Positions 10,265-18,912 are shown, counted from the whole stretch's first letter. The stretch: DNA of 44,317 nt, filler included, from Candidatus Sysuiplasma jiujiangense (GCA_019721075.1; 12 parts of 12 records of this genome joined end to end with filler, not necessarily neighbours in it), one strand, 5' to 3'. Made by a program: numbers and translations. Notes: generated from the sequence alone by a model not told the origin.

Positions 10265-10663
10265 TTATTTCCATTCTCCCGATCTATTTCCGTTGTTTCC
10301 CGTCTGATTTCCGCTTTGTAATAATTTTGCAGCTATGGGTATGAAGTCCTTGATGTCCATGTTTCCACTCTGGATTTTCGCAAACAGAAGGGGCAAATTT
10401 AAGGGTTTCAGGGCATCTGGAACTTCCTGATTGGCATTTTGTAGCGAATCACTGAACTTATCAACGAGTTTATCCATTGTCGATCCTGACTTCCCTACCT
10501 GTAGGTTAATCCTCTTAAGAATCTCATTTGTAGCTTCTGAAATGATATCGTCCACTGCTCCCCTTGACCATTTCCAGAGTTTCACGATCAGCGTCAAATT
10601 GAAGAAATCTATAGCAATCGCCGCTACAAGTCCTGCCAATGCAATGAGTAAATCTGTTTCCAT
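10265..10663 (-). CDS. Membrane protein with N-terminal TM (132 aa)
   Basis: METDLLIALAGLVAAIAIDFFNLTLIV...; probable leaderless start at 10663, ~25 nt downstream of TTATAA. Confidence 0.65.
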   Translation of the reverse strand: METDLLIALAGLVAAIAIDFFNLTLIVKLWKWSRGAVDDIISEATNEILKRINLQVGKSGSTMDKLVDKFSDSLQNANQEVPDALKPLNLPLLFAKIQSGNMDIKDFIPIAAKLLQSGNQTGNNGNRSGEWK

Positions 10664-10703
10664 GAAATATATATACTTCGTTTCCTTATAATCCTTGATA
10701 TAC
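10664..10703. promoter_or_regulatory. Divergent overlapping archaeal TATA promoters
   Basis: ATATATATA (~10666-10675) and TTATAA (10686-10691) each lie ~25-30 nt upstream of an opposing ATG with no RBS. Confidence 0.55.
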
Positions 10704-11162
10704 ATGGCAAAAAGAAAAACTTCTAAGTCCGCTGCTTCTGCTCCTGCAAAAAGGAGAGTAAGCAGGGCAAGGACTATCTATCGCGGTGCTCGGACTGCAT
10801 CCCGTAAGTCGGGAATGAGATGGGGGGAGGTTGCCCTGGCGGCCCTGGTTGGTTATGAGGGAGACAAGGTCATATCCTCGTCTGGTGTGGGAACGGTTGT
10901 ATATAATCTGATGCAGAAAAACGCCTATACTGCTGAGATCACAAATGAACTTCAGAACTCAGATAAGTATACGAGCCTGGGAGAGGTCGGCGGTGCGGCA
11001 GCGAACAAGATTGCCGGACTTGCTGCGATCCTGAAGGGTGCGTATGACGTTGTCAAGCATAAGAAGCTGAGCGAATCTGACAAGAACATCCTGATCCCTT
11101 ATGGAATAGGAACTGTGTTTGATGGCCCGTCTGGTAAGAGTGAGTCCGGGGGGTGGAAATAA
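10704..11162 (+). CDS. Arg/Lys-rich N-terminus plus hydrophobic segments; putative genome-binding/internal-membrane virion protein
   Basis: MAKRKTSKSAASAPAKRRVSRARTIYRGARTASRKSG followed by Gly/Ala-rich hydrophobic helices. Confidence 0.65.
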   Translation: MAKRKTSKSAASAPAKRRVSRARTIYRGARTASRKSGMRWGEVALAALVGYEGDKVISSSGVGTVVYNLMQKNAYTAEITNELQNSDKYTSLGEVGGAAANKIAGLAAILKGAYDVVKHKKLSESDKNILIPYGIGTVFDGPSGKSESGGWK

Positions 11163-11566
11163 TGCCTGGCATGCTCCCTATGTCCAGTATCAATGATGCT
11201 GGATCGGCTACCGCTGGAACTGTTTACGGTGGTGCTTTCACTGGCCCGGACACCGTCCAGGAATCCGGCCTTACTTTCATCGATGTGACTCAGAAGGTTA
11301 CCCTGGAAGATGCAGTTGCGTTTCTTCAGGGATCGGCTTCTGCGCCTGCGCAGAATCACGCTTACCTGATCAGTAAAGGTAATGTTCAGAATGTGGTTGC
11401 TGTGCTCTACTCGAATCAGCTTAATCCTGCAAACACTCAGAGGATGATCCCGAAGGGGGTATCGTTCCAGGCCGGTGACCGGCTCTTTATCCGGGGTGTT
11501 CAGTTGACAGAGGCAACTACCGCTGCTGCAGAGGCAACTACCTTAGTGGTCAAGTGGGCTCCGTAA
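11162..11566 (+). CDS. Putative major capsid protein, small single jelly-roll (134 aa)
   Basis: GGGGGTGG RBS and TAATG coupling; alternating beta-strand pattern; LNPANTQRMIPKGVSFQAGDRLFIRGVQ; no TM; position in the structural operon. The fold is inferred. Confidence 0.5.
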   Translation: MPGMLPMSSINDAGSATAGTVYGGAFTGPDTVQESGLTFIDVTQKVTLEDAVAFLQGSASAPAQNHAYLISKGNVQNVVAVLYSNQLNPANTQRMIPKGVSFQAGDRLFIRGVQLTEATTAAAEATTLVVKWAP

Positions 11567-11567
11567 T

Positions 11568-12308
11568 ATGGTTGTCCTCTATCCGGTAAATCAGCCGTTG
11601 CCCTTAGGGGCTCCGGTTCCTCTTATTTCTGGCAGGACATATAGGCTTAATTTCGGAGCAGCGTCCGGTCAAGCATCTACGGTGCGCTTGTATTTCAGGG
11701 ATAAGGCCAAGACCTTCCTTGAGTATACCCTTTCTCCCTATCTGATAAAGCGTGTGTCTGGAACTGCTTATTCCGAGGTTATGCTCGTAAGCGGTAATGT
11801 TGGTATTGAGGAAGACACTGATGATGCTATTAACCCGAATCTTTTCGGTGTCTATGATGCTTCGCTCTTTGGTTTGGCATTGATGGATGGTGCGCACGTC
11901 CCTGATTCCGTGATAAAATCAATTCAGGCCATTGTCCCGAGGCGTGGTTTTGCATCCACTTATAAAGTCCCTGTTCTCTCTCTCTCTGTAGCCGCTGGGG
12001 CATCCGTTGCTCTTACAAACTTCATAAATGGCTTGGTATATGGCACTAAGATATTCTACACAATGGCCATATCCCAGGATACCCTTGGAACATCTCCTCA
12101 CGCTTCATATTTGCAGCTCTTCGACGCTCAAACCGGGTATCTGATCGATGAGGTTGTTGGTGCAGTTAATAGCCCTACTAAAGGAGAGTTTACCATGCCC
12201 TTGATTAATAATGACGGACTCACCACTGACGGCTTATCCTATGCGTATGCAAACGGTGACTCCGTTGCTCACTGGTTTTATCTCTTTGTCCAGGGGGTCG
12301 CTCCATGA
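11568..12308 (+). CDS. Putative spike/penton or receptor-binding protein (246 aa)
   Basis: Two beta-rich halves joined by a linker; follows the putative MCP. Confidence 0.45.
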   Translation: MVVLYPVNQPLPLGAPVPLISGRTYRLNFGAASGQASTVRLYFRDKAKTFLEYTLSPYLIKRVSGTAYSEVMLVSGNVGIEEDTDDAINPNLFGVYDASLFGLALMDGAHVPDSVIKSIQAIVPRRGFASTYKVPVLSLSVAAGASVALTNFINGLVYGTKIFYTMAISQDTLGTSPHASYLQLFDAQTGYLIDEVVGAVNSPTKGEFTMPLINNDGLTTDGLSYAYANGDSVAHWFYLFVQGVAP

Positions 12309-12625
12309 GTGTTGCTGATTTGGATCCTCAGATTCTCGCTGCTAAGGAGATCGTCAAGGGGCTAAAAGAACTAAAGCCGGTGTTGAATGAGATACTGGAT
12401 CAGTTTGGGATATCCAAAGAGGATAACTTCCAGGGGCTCATTCCTCTGACCGTCTTGTTATATCCCAAAGCTAAGGAGCTTGCTGTATTTTTGCATAACA
12501 TGATCATTATCCAGGGTCAGGTTATGAAGTGGTTGGAAAATGCCGGTGCTGACATTCAGTCCGCTATTCAGACCGTGCAGAATCCGGTTGTCCTGGGACC
12601 GATCTTACCAGGAGGAATCATATGA
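12305..12625 (+). CDS. Hypothetical helical protein (106 aa)
   Basis: ATGA coupling, GGGGG RBS, amphipathic helices. Confidence 0.6.
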   Translation: MSVADLDPQILAAKEIVKGLKELKPVLNEILDQFGISKEDNFQGLIPLTVLLYPKAKELAVFLHNMIIIQGQVMKWLENAGADIQSAIQTVQNPVVLGPILPGGII

Positions 12626-12843
12626 AAAAAGAAACTGTGCATATGGTAAGTGCGATGCTATGGGGTGTGTTCGGGCTTGTTATTGGTTCTCTCTCTGTTG
12701 TCTATAATAATTTCAACGCTTTCGTTATGGTCACTCTGGTGTCCGCTATTGCGGGTAACTCGGTGCACCTGGTGTCTATGTCTATGTCCAAGTCTGGCAT
12801 CTCAGTGTCAGGAACTGAAGCAAGCGCTCAAACAAAGACATAA
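12622..12843 (+). CDS. Small two-TM membrane protein (73 aa)
   Basis: GGAGG RBS, ATGA coupling, two hydrophobic spans. Confidence 0.65.
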   Translation: MKKETVHMVSAMLWGVFGLVIGSLSVVYNNFNAFVMVTLVSAIAGNSVHLVSMSMSKSGISVSGTEASAQTKT

Positions 12844-13806
12844 ATGATTCCCGGGGACGTGTGTCCCCAATTTCCTTTCAAAAAATATCTGCCAAAGGAG
12901 CTGGCATTAATGGAACATGTGAAAGAACTACAAGAATTTGACGATTCGATCGTCTTCTCTCTCCCTGGTCAAGGTGAACCTTACGAAGACTGCGGAACAA
13001 TTGGTTTTAAGGGGCATCTAAACGATGATGGAGGCCTCGATTACCAGTCATTCGCTCATTCCTGTAACCGTTTCGCCTGTCCAATCTGCTCCCCCAATTG
13101 GCGCAAACATGAAGCACTGGCCATAACCGATCGATTAGCCCAATACATCAAGCTTACTCATGGTGATATAATTCACTTTGTGATCTCTCCTAAGCCTAAA
13201 TCGATTTCTAAATTATCGGATTATAAAAGTCTTCGGGGTGAAATGTATTCCGTAGCCAAGAAAGCAGGCATCCTGGGCGGTGTTGCCATATTCCATTACT
13301 TTAGGCACCCGTCCTCTTTGAATGATAGGACTGAACTCGAACCTGATCAACCCCACTGGCACATCCTGGGAGATTCATACCATTACAATGGCTTCAGGGC
13401 TGAGCACCTTAACATCAGTGCCGTAAAGCGCCTGAAGGACTGGGTTGTTAAGTATGTCTCGATCCGTAAGAGTTATACCCAGATGTTCAAGACTGTTGAC
13501 TATGCTTTAAACTGGGGATCCCAGGTATCTTGCCCCTACGCTGACCTGACCTGTCCTAAAGTCGAAATCGAGACCTGGTTCGGCATCATGTCCTACTCTG
13601 CATTTTCTTGCCCTAAATTCATCGGCGATGGTATCAAATGCCGTACCTGCGGTAAAATTATCAAGCAAAAGGACTGGTATTGGATCACTTTCCATGACAA
13701 ACCGCCTCCAGATGATCATGGTGTTCTCACCATTTCTGATCCCGATTCTCCGGTGCATTGGCACCTGAACCTTACCTGGCGGTCTGAAGACGAGATAGGA
13801 TCATAA
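12844..13806 (+). CDS. rep: HUH rolling-circle replication initiator, IS91/SNJ1 RepA-like
   Basis: Zn motif CG...SCNRFACPIC; motif I IHFVISP; HUH motif PHWHILG; putative motif III VDYALN; C-terminal CRTCG. Confidence 0.8.
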   Translation: MIPGDVCPQFPFKKYLPKELALMEHVKELQEFDDSIVFSLPGQGEPYEDCGTIGFKGHLNDDGGLDYQSFAHSCNRFACPICSPNWRKHEALAITDRLAQYIKLTHGDIIHFVISPKPKSISKLSDYKSLRGEMYSVAKKAGILGGVAIFHYFRHPSSLNDRTELEPDQPHWHILGDSYHYNGFRAEHLNISAVKRLKDWVVKYVSIRKSYTQMFKTVDYALNWGSQVSCPYADLTCPKVEIETWFGIMSYSAFSCPKFIGDGIKCRTCGKIIKQKDWYWITFHDKPPPDDHGVLTISDPDSPVHWHLNLTWRSEDEIGS

Positions 13807-13979
13807 TCTGGATAGGTCCACTTGGATAAGTTTATATGCAACTTGGATATGTGGACCTATGAGATTTACAATCTCGGACCAAAATGTGGAACGTATCAGG
13901 GCGTTCCTTAGAAAACAGCACCCTGGGAGCAGTACGGAACAGAGAACGTACGTAATCGATAATCTGGGTAGGTCCACTT
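13803..13979 (+). promoter_or_regulatory. TATA promoter bracketed by repeats (operator or origin candidate)
   Basis: TTTATAT at 13831; inverted repeat ATAGGTCCAC 13812-13821 / GTGGACCTAT 13851-13860; direct ACTTGGATA at 13820 and 13841; 20/21-nt copy of 13803-13823 at 13959-13979. Confidence 0.65.
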
Positions 13980-14038
13980 CGCCAGGTTACACGATGGATG
14001 ATGCCCTTGCGGAGCTTCTTACTAAGGCGGGGTTCTGA
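13859..14038 (+). CDS. Ribbon-helix-helix (CopG-like) regulator (59 aa)
   Basis: MRFTISDQNVERIRAFL...TMDDALAELLTKAGF; leaderless ~22 nt after the TATA; TGATG coupling to the next gene. Not in the ORF track. Confidence 0.55.
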   Translation: MRFTISDQNVERIRAFLRKQHPGSSTEQRTYVIDNLGRSTSPGYTMDDALAELLTKAGF

Positions 14039-14171
14039 TGTCTACAGGTCGACACCCATCCTTAGGCTGCTATTTCTGTGATCAACCTCTTCATTATGAT
14101 TCTGAGTTAGGATTATGGGTGTGTGATACTCCAAATTGCAGGGGTTCAGCAAAAAAATTACACGAGGCGGG
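14038..14171 (+). CDS. Zinc-ribbon protein (46 aa); finishes across the circle junction at TGA 9932-9934
   Basis: CYFC...WVCDTPNC; the frame continues ...HEAGF* at the contig start. Confidence 0.65.
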
Positions 14172-14271
14172 NNNNNNNNNNNNNNNNNNNNNNNNNNNNN
14201 NNNNNNNNNNNNNNNTTAATTAATTAANNNNNNNNNNNNNNNNNNNNNNNNNNNNNNNNNNNNNNNNNNNN

Positions 14272-15180
14272 GGGACAAGGGCAAATTTTGCACTAGCGGA
14301 GATAATGACCAGCTTTCTGGCCTCGGTGACTGGACAGAGTGTTGAGATGGATTATTCCCCATATCACATATACCTGCGGTGTTCCCGCCAGATAACGGCA
14401 TCAGATGTCGAGAGGATTATCAAGGGAATAGACCCTGGCAGGCTGGAAGAGTATATCAGGGGCGTCGCCAGGAGGTCAAGATTTTTCAACCTGGTATTCC
14501 TGTACGAAGCGAAAAAATTCGGCGTGATAAGTAAGGATGCCGACATGAGCCGCATTCGCTTCGAGAAGATAGTGGACTCTTACCTTGAAACGCCGGTTTA
14601 CACAGATTCCGTGAGGAAACTGATTACCAACTACATGGACCTGGACTCGCTGAGAGGATTCCTTTCCAACACAAATGAAATTGAGTTTGTTCTTATGAAC
14701 AATATTTCAGGGTCTTCTGGAATCTTCCTCAGGCACTATTCTGAGAAGGTGTTGCCACTTCGGCCGACCAAGTCCATACTTGAATCCGTCAAGACCAGGC
14801 TGATGAATGAAGAAACGGTCCTATATTGCGTCTCCTGTGGTAATATCCGGACAATGAAGATTCGCGAGATAAAATCAATAAAGTGTCCGGATTGCGGCAG
14901 TTACCTTGTGGCTTCGTTATCACGATATGACCGAGAGGAACTGGACTCCATAAACCATAAGGGTGGCGACAATTCCAGGATAAGAAGAAGAATTTCAAAG
15001 AATGCTCATCTTGTCAGGGAGAAGGGTATGATAGCCATAATAACAATGGCTGCAAGGGGGATCGGGGCGGAAACCGCCTCAAGGATCCTCGAGGTGTCGT
15101 ATCACAGCGAGGATGACATTATCAGGGCTATACTCAACGCTGAGGTGGAGTTCGCAAAGAACAAGCGGTACTGGGATTGA
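14272..15180 (+). CDS. lhr: Lhr-family ATP-dependent helicase, C-terminal part (5'-partial)
   Basis: C-terminal CxxC...CPxC zinc motif and AARGIGAETASRIL...AEVEFAKNKRYWD tail typical of archaeal Lhr. Confidence 0.8.
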   Translation, partial: GTRANFALAEIMTSFLASVTGQSVEMDYSPYHIYLRCSRQITASDVERIIKGIDPGRLEEYIRGVARRSRFFNLVFLYEAKKFGVISKDADMSRIRFEKIVDSYLETPVYTDSVRKLITNYMDLDSLRGFLSNTNEIEFVLMNNISGSSGIFLRHYSEKVLPLRPTKSILESVKTRLMNEETVLYCVSCGNIRTMKIREIKSIKCPDCGSYLVASLSRYDREELDSINHKGGDNSRIRRRISKNAHLVREKGMIAIITMAARGIGAETASRILEVSYHSEDDIIRAILNAEVEFAKNKRYWD

Positions 15181-15181
15181 A

Positions 15182-15622
15182 ATGCCGGCTGTACAATTTA
15201 TCAGGCGTGAACCCGAAAGAACGCTTAAGATCATTGAAGCGTACATTGAAAAGAATCTGGAAGTCCCGGTTATTGTCGAGGGCATGAAGGATATGGAGGC
15301 CCTCAGAAAGATCGGGTTTCGTGGCAGAGTTATCGTTTACAACTCGGGGCTTAGCGTGGTTGCATTCTCAGAATGGGTCTCCAGAACAGAGAGGCGTGTC
15401 ATACTGCTCATGGACTTTGACAGAACTGGAAGTATTTTGAGGAGGCGGCTATCATCAATCCTTTCTGCCGTGGTTCAGGAAGTTGATGTCGGGCTCTGGA
15501 TATATATCCGGAGACACCTGCCTGTCAGGGCGGTGGAAGAGCTCCCTGCTATCATTGAAGCGCTGGGAAGCTTGTCGCGTTCACCCCCTCCAGGGAGAAA
15601 GAGAGGAAAGAATCGGGAATAA
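15182..15622 (+). CDS. Small stand-alone TOPRIM-domain protein
   Basis: VIVEG.KD and LLMDFDRTG TOPRIM motifs. Confidence 0.85.
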   Translation: MPAVQFIRREPERTLKIIEAYIEKNLEVPVIVEGMKDMEALRKIGFRGRVIVYNSGLSVVAFSEWVSRTERRVILLMDFDRTGSILRRRLSSILSAVVQEVDVGLWIYIRRHLPVRAVEELPAIIEALGSLSRSPPPGRKRGKNRE

Positions 15623-15653
15623 AAGTTTATGATTGACGCTGGATTAAGGTCAG

Positions 15654-16580
15654 ATGGCTTCCAACATCAAGCTGACATTCTTTGGCACAGGTGGGTCGTG
15701 GCCCACACCGATCCGTGGACTCCCCGCAGTGGGGATACAGGTTGACGACATTTTAAACCTCTTCGACTGCGGAGAGGGGACCCAAAAGCAGATAATGGCC
15801 AGCAGCACCTCTTTCATGAAGATAGAGAATATCTTCATATCCCATTTTCACGGGGACCATTTCATTGGCCTGATAGGCATGGTTCAGAGCATGTCCTTTA
15901 ACGGGCGCGTTGCCCCACTGAATATTTATGGCCCGCGAGGAGCTGTACGCATGGTGCTTAATGCACTGAATGTGGGTTACTTCAGGCTAAATTTTGACGT
16001 AAAGATAACAGAGCTCGAGGACAGCGGAAGCTACGACTTTGGGGACTTTATAGTCAGGACACAGCCAAATGATCATCCTGTGCCCGCAATATCTTTCAGC
16101 CTGGAGGAGAAGGACATGATCCGCATCGACAGGGAGAAGGCGGATGAATTGGGATTTCCCGTCAGAAGGCTGGAAGAGCTACGGAAAAAAGGTGTTGTTG
16201 AAGTAGGAGGAAAAGTATTCAGGATAGAGGATGTCAGTGCAGGAACAAGGAAGGGGCGCAAGATAGTTTACACTGGGGATACGAGACCAATGAAGTCAAC
16301 CGTAGCATTTGCTAAAGGGGCAGACGTTCTTATTCATGATACAACCACGGATTCGTCACTGGAGCCAAAGGTAAACGAGTTCGGCCACACCTCTTCCAGG
16401 CAGGCTGCTGAAATAGCCCGGGATTCAGGAGTTAAGCGGCTGTACCTGTTTCATTACAGCCCGAGGGTGGATAACGTAAACACTCTCCTTGAAGAGGCTA
16501 GAAGCATATTCCCCCAGTCCTGTGCAAGCAGCGATCTGCTTGAATATGACGTACCGGTGAACAGAGCCTCGCCAGAATAG
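15654..16580 (+). CDS. rnz: Ribonuclease Z
   Basis: FGTGGSWP, DCGEG, SHFHGDH, exosite, YTGDT and HYSPR motifs. Confidence 0.95.
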   Translation: MASNIKLTFFGTGGSWPTPIRGLPAVGIQVDDILNLFDCGEGTQKQIMASSTSFMKIENIFISHFHGDHFIGLIGMVQSMSFNGRVAPLNIYGPRGAVRMVLNALNVGYFRLNFDVKITELEDSGSYDFGDFIVRTQPNDHPVPAISFSLEEKDMIRIDREKADELGFPVRRLEELRKKGVVEVGGKVFRIEDVSAGTRKGRKIVYTGDTRPMKSTVAFAKGADVLIHDTTTDSSLEPKVNEFGHTSSRQAAEIARDSGVKRLYLFHYSPRVDNVNTLLEEARSIFPQSCASSDLLEYDVPVNRASPE

Positions 16581-16593
16581 TTTAGCCAAGACA

Positions 16594-17064
16594 TTATCTT
16601 TTGACAGGTTCAGTGGTGATGCCAGTCTGATCCTGGTAATTTCCCGATCGCTGCTCGTAGGTTTGGGCAGGTTCTGATGACATCCTAATGAATGTGATCT
16701 GGGCTATTCCCTTTCCCGTGGCAACCATAACGGGGGCATCGGTTGCGTTATACAGGGCAAGGGTGAGTTCTCCCCTGAAACCGGAATCCACAAGTCCGAA
16801 ACTCCCAATGATTCCCTTCCTGCAGAAGGAAGACTTGAGCCATATCTGGCCTGCAATTCCGGATGGCATCTCCAGTCGCTCCAGCGTTGAAACCAGAAAG
16901 AAGCTTCTGGACGGGATGTTGCCGTCTGTTCCATTACCACCTGGCAAACTGATCCTGCCAGCAGTAAGATCATATCCATTCGGTGTAAGCTGTTCCTCCC
17001 TGTAGTTGCTAACAATGAGTTTTCCCCTGGTTACAAGGGATCTTATCTCTGCGTCAGAAAGCAT
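16594..17064 (-). CDS. dcd: dCTP deaminase/dUTPase family protein
   Basis: MLSD, PNGYDL, STLE, KSSFCR.G, VDSGFRG.LT, IAQI, Y...SGNYQ.Q motifs. Confidence 0.85.
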   Translation of the reverse strand: MLSDAEIRSLVTRGKLIVSNYREEQLTPNGYDLTAGRISLPGGNGTDGNIPSRSFFLVSTLERLEMPSGIAGQIWLKSSFCRKGIIGSFGLVDSGFRGELTLALYNATDAPVMVATGKGIAQITFIRMSSEPAQTYEQRSGNYQDQTGITTEPVKR

Positions 17065-17103
17065 TCTGAAGTATAGCTGTGGACGAGATAATATGGTTTC
17101 TAT

Positions 17104-18486
17104 TCATCGTGAGATACCAGATGGCCCATTTCCGGCCCGGATTCCGGGCAGAAATCTGTTAAGCAGCACATAGAAAACCATTGCAAGCACGAATGATACA
17201 TAATAGCTGAGGTCCACTCCACCAAGCACCTGCGCAACTGGACCGTACGGGAAGCCGGATGGCGCCATGAAAGGTATCGAGATAACGATTGCCGCACAAT
17301 ATGCAATAATGCCAGAAAAGTTGTACCTCAAATTCTTAGCTTGGCCATATCTTCGGCCGCGATTGACTATGAAGAAGTCTGCCAGGATAATTCCAATCCA
17401 TGGCGTGATCCAGTAATCGAGAAGATAGAGGAATGTTTCATAGGAATAATTGAATCCATTTATCACGGAAAGGATTGAGAATACAACTGCCACGGCAGAC
17501 ATTAAGATTACTACTGTTATTCGCCTGAGGTTAAGCCCGGCAGCTTTTATCGAAAGGGAATTTGAGTAAAGGTTTATGGAGTTTGCGGCAATCCCTCCCA
17601 GAACAATTCCAACAAGGCCAACGTCAAAGAACCTTCCCATAATCGGTGCAAGCGCGCTAGCAGGATTCGCGGTAGAGGCCTTTCCCGACGCAATCGCGAC
17701 GAGCATGCCTGTGATTTCAAGCCACAGCGATGCAGCAAATCCTCCTGCAAATGAATAGGTGAACACTTTTCCGAGGCTTGTTCGAGGAGAGATATATCTT
17801 GAATAGTCCGAAGCATACGGCCCCCAGCTCATTATGTACGAGAAGGAGAGCGCGAGTACGATTCCGAACTGAGTAAACAGAGTCAGCGATGTGTTTGCAG
17901 AGTATGTGACTGACCAGTGCAAATGGTCAAAAGCAAAATATGTAACCACAACAAAAATCACTCCCAGAACGTATGACATTAATCTTTCAAATTTATGTAT
18001 GAATTTGTGGCCGAAATATGCTGATATGCCAACGATAACTGCAACTAAAATTATGGAATATATGAGGAATATCCCGCTTATCAGCAGACTTATTGCAAAT
18101 GCAGCAAGCACTGTATTTATGGTCAGCCATCCTGTTGTGTTCAGCCATTGCAGGACAGACATAATTGCCCCGCCGCTATCGCCGAACGATCTCCTCCCCA
18201 TTACCATCTGTGGCACCCTCGACTTGGGTCCAACCGCGCTCATAAGTCCCAACAGTGAAGCACCAAGGACATTGCCAAGGACAAGTGCGATAAGGGTTGT
18301 GTCCAGGTCAAATCCGAAATATATGGGAAGAAATCCAAGGGCAAAATCGCCAATGGTCAGGTTTGAAGCGAACCAGATATAGAAAAGGGAAGAGGCTTTC
18401 GGGCCACTGGCATTGTCTGGTACTGCCTGTACATCAAGCCTTTCAGGTGTGAAAACCGAGTCTGCACCTAACACTTGTTCGGTCAT
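17104..18486 (-). CDS. Purine-cytosine permease (NCS1/CodB family)
   Basis: About 12 TM; WFASN, VPQM..GR..FG, SW.PYASDYSRY, N..NLYS motifs. Confidence 0.9.
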   Translation of the reverse strand: MTEQVLGADSVFTPERLDVQAVPDNASGPKASSLFYIWFASNLTIGDFALGFLPIYFGFDLDTTLIALVLGNVLGASLLGLMSAVGPKSRVPQMVMGRRSFGDSGGAIMSVLQWLNTTGWLTINTVLAAFAISLLISGIFLIYSIILVAVIVGISAYFGHKFIHKFERLMSYVLGVIFVVVTYFAFDHLHWSVTYSANTSLTLFTQFGIVLALSFSYIMSWGPYASDYSRYISPRTSLGKVFTYSFAGGFAASLWLEITGMLVAIASGKASTANPASALAPIMGRFFDVGLVGIVLGGIAANSINLYSNSLSIKAAGLNLRRITVVILMSAVAVVFSILSVINGFNYSYETFLYLLDYWITPWIGIILADFFIVNRGRRYGQAKNLRYNFSGIIAYCAAIVISIPFMAPSGFPYGPVAQVLGGVDLSYYVSFVLAMVFYVLLNRFLPGIRAGNGPSGISR

Positions 18487-18676
18487 ATGGGATAATAAGG
18501 AAAAGGTATTAAATTGTAACGGGCTTGGAAAGGGACTCGACCATGGTACCTTAATGAGTCTCCGAGTTTTTGTTCANNNNNNNNNNNNNNNNNNNNNNNN
18601 NNNNNNNNNNNNNNNNNNNNTTAATTAATTAANNNNNNNNNNNNNNNNNNNNNNNNNNNNNNNNNNNNNNNNNNNN

Positions 18677-18718
18677 CAAGCCTATTATTATTACCCAAAG
18701 TCTTGTGTTTGTTTTCAT
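18677..18718 (-). CDS. N-terminal fragment of a signal-peptide protein, probable homolog of 24866-26077
   Basis: MKTNTRLWVIIIGL vs MKKLRGIWGIIIAL; both follow a similar leader. Only 14 codons are visible. Confidence 0.5.
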
Positions 18719-18812
18719 GTCTCAGGAATCCAACAGGGAGATCGCCTGTCCGAGCCACTGGAATGTAACATCAGAGAGCCGATTCCTTGAGAGATTATCC
18801 CTCCATTTTTCC

Positions 18813-18912
18813 TAATTCCTGGGAAAGAAGCCATCCAAGTTTCTGGGGCTCGATGGCTCGCTTCCCCAGAAACTGTGAATGGATATATTCAATGGGTTAT
18901 ATATACATTCAT
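18813..18912. repeat. 100-bp structured direct repeat, copy 1
   Basis: 94/100 identical to 22111-22210; hairpins AGTTTCTGGGG/CCCCAGAAACT and TGAATGGATATAT/ATATATACATTCA. Confidence 0.95.

Larger units (their letters stand above)
9837..14171. mobile_element. Complete 4,244-bp circular rolling-circle element, candidate small archaeal virus
   Basis: Identical 91-nt terminal repeat (9837-9927 = 14081-14171); an ORF reads across the junction; encodes an HUH Rep and compact, overlapping structural-like genes. Confidence 0.9.

Noticed and set aside
12844..13806. Active IS91 insertion sequence
   Set aside because: It lies on a closed circle with structural-like genes and no host flanks, so a replication role fits better.
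14272..18576. lhr-toprim-rnz-dcd cluster as a defence or viral module
   Set aside because: Ordinary archaeal housekeeping genes on a separate contig from the viral sequences.
18719..18912. Hammerhead or HDV-like ribozyme in the leader (CTGATG, pseudoknot-like pairing)
   Set aside because: No complete CUGANGA...GAAA core or HDV P3/L3 topology could be fitted; kept only as an unknown structured element.
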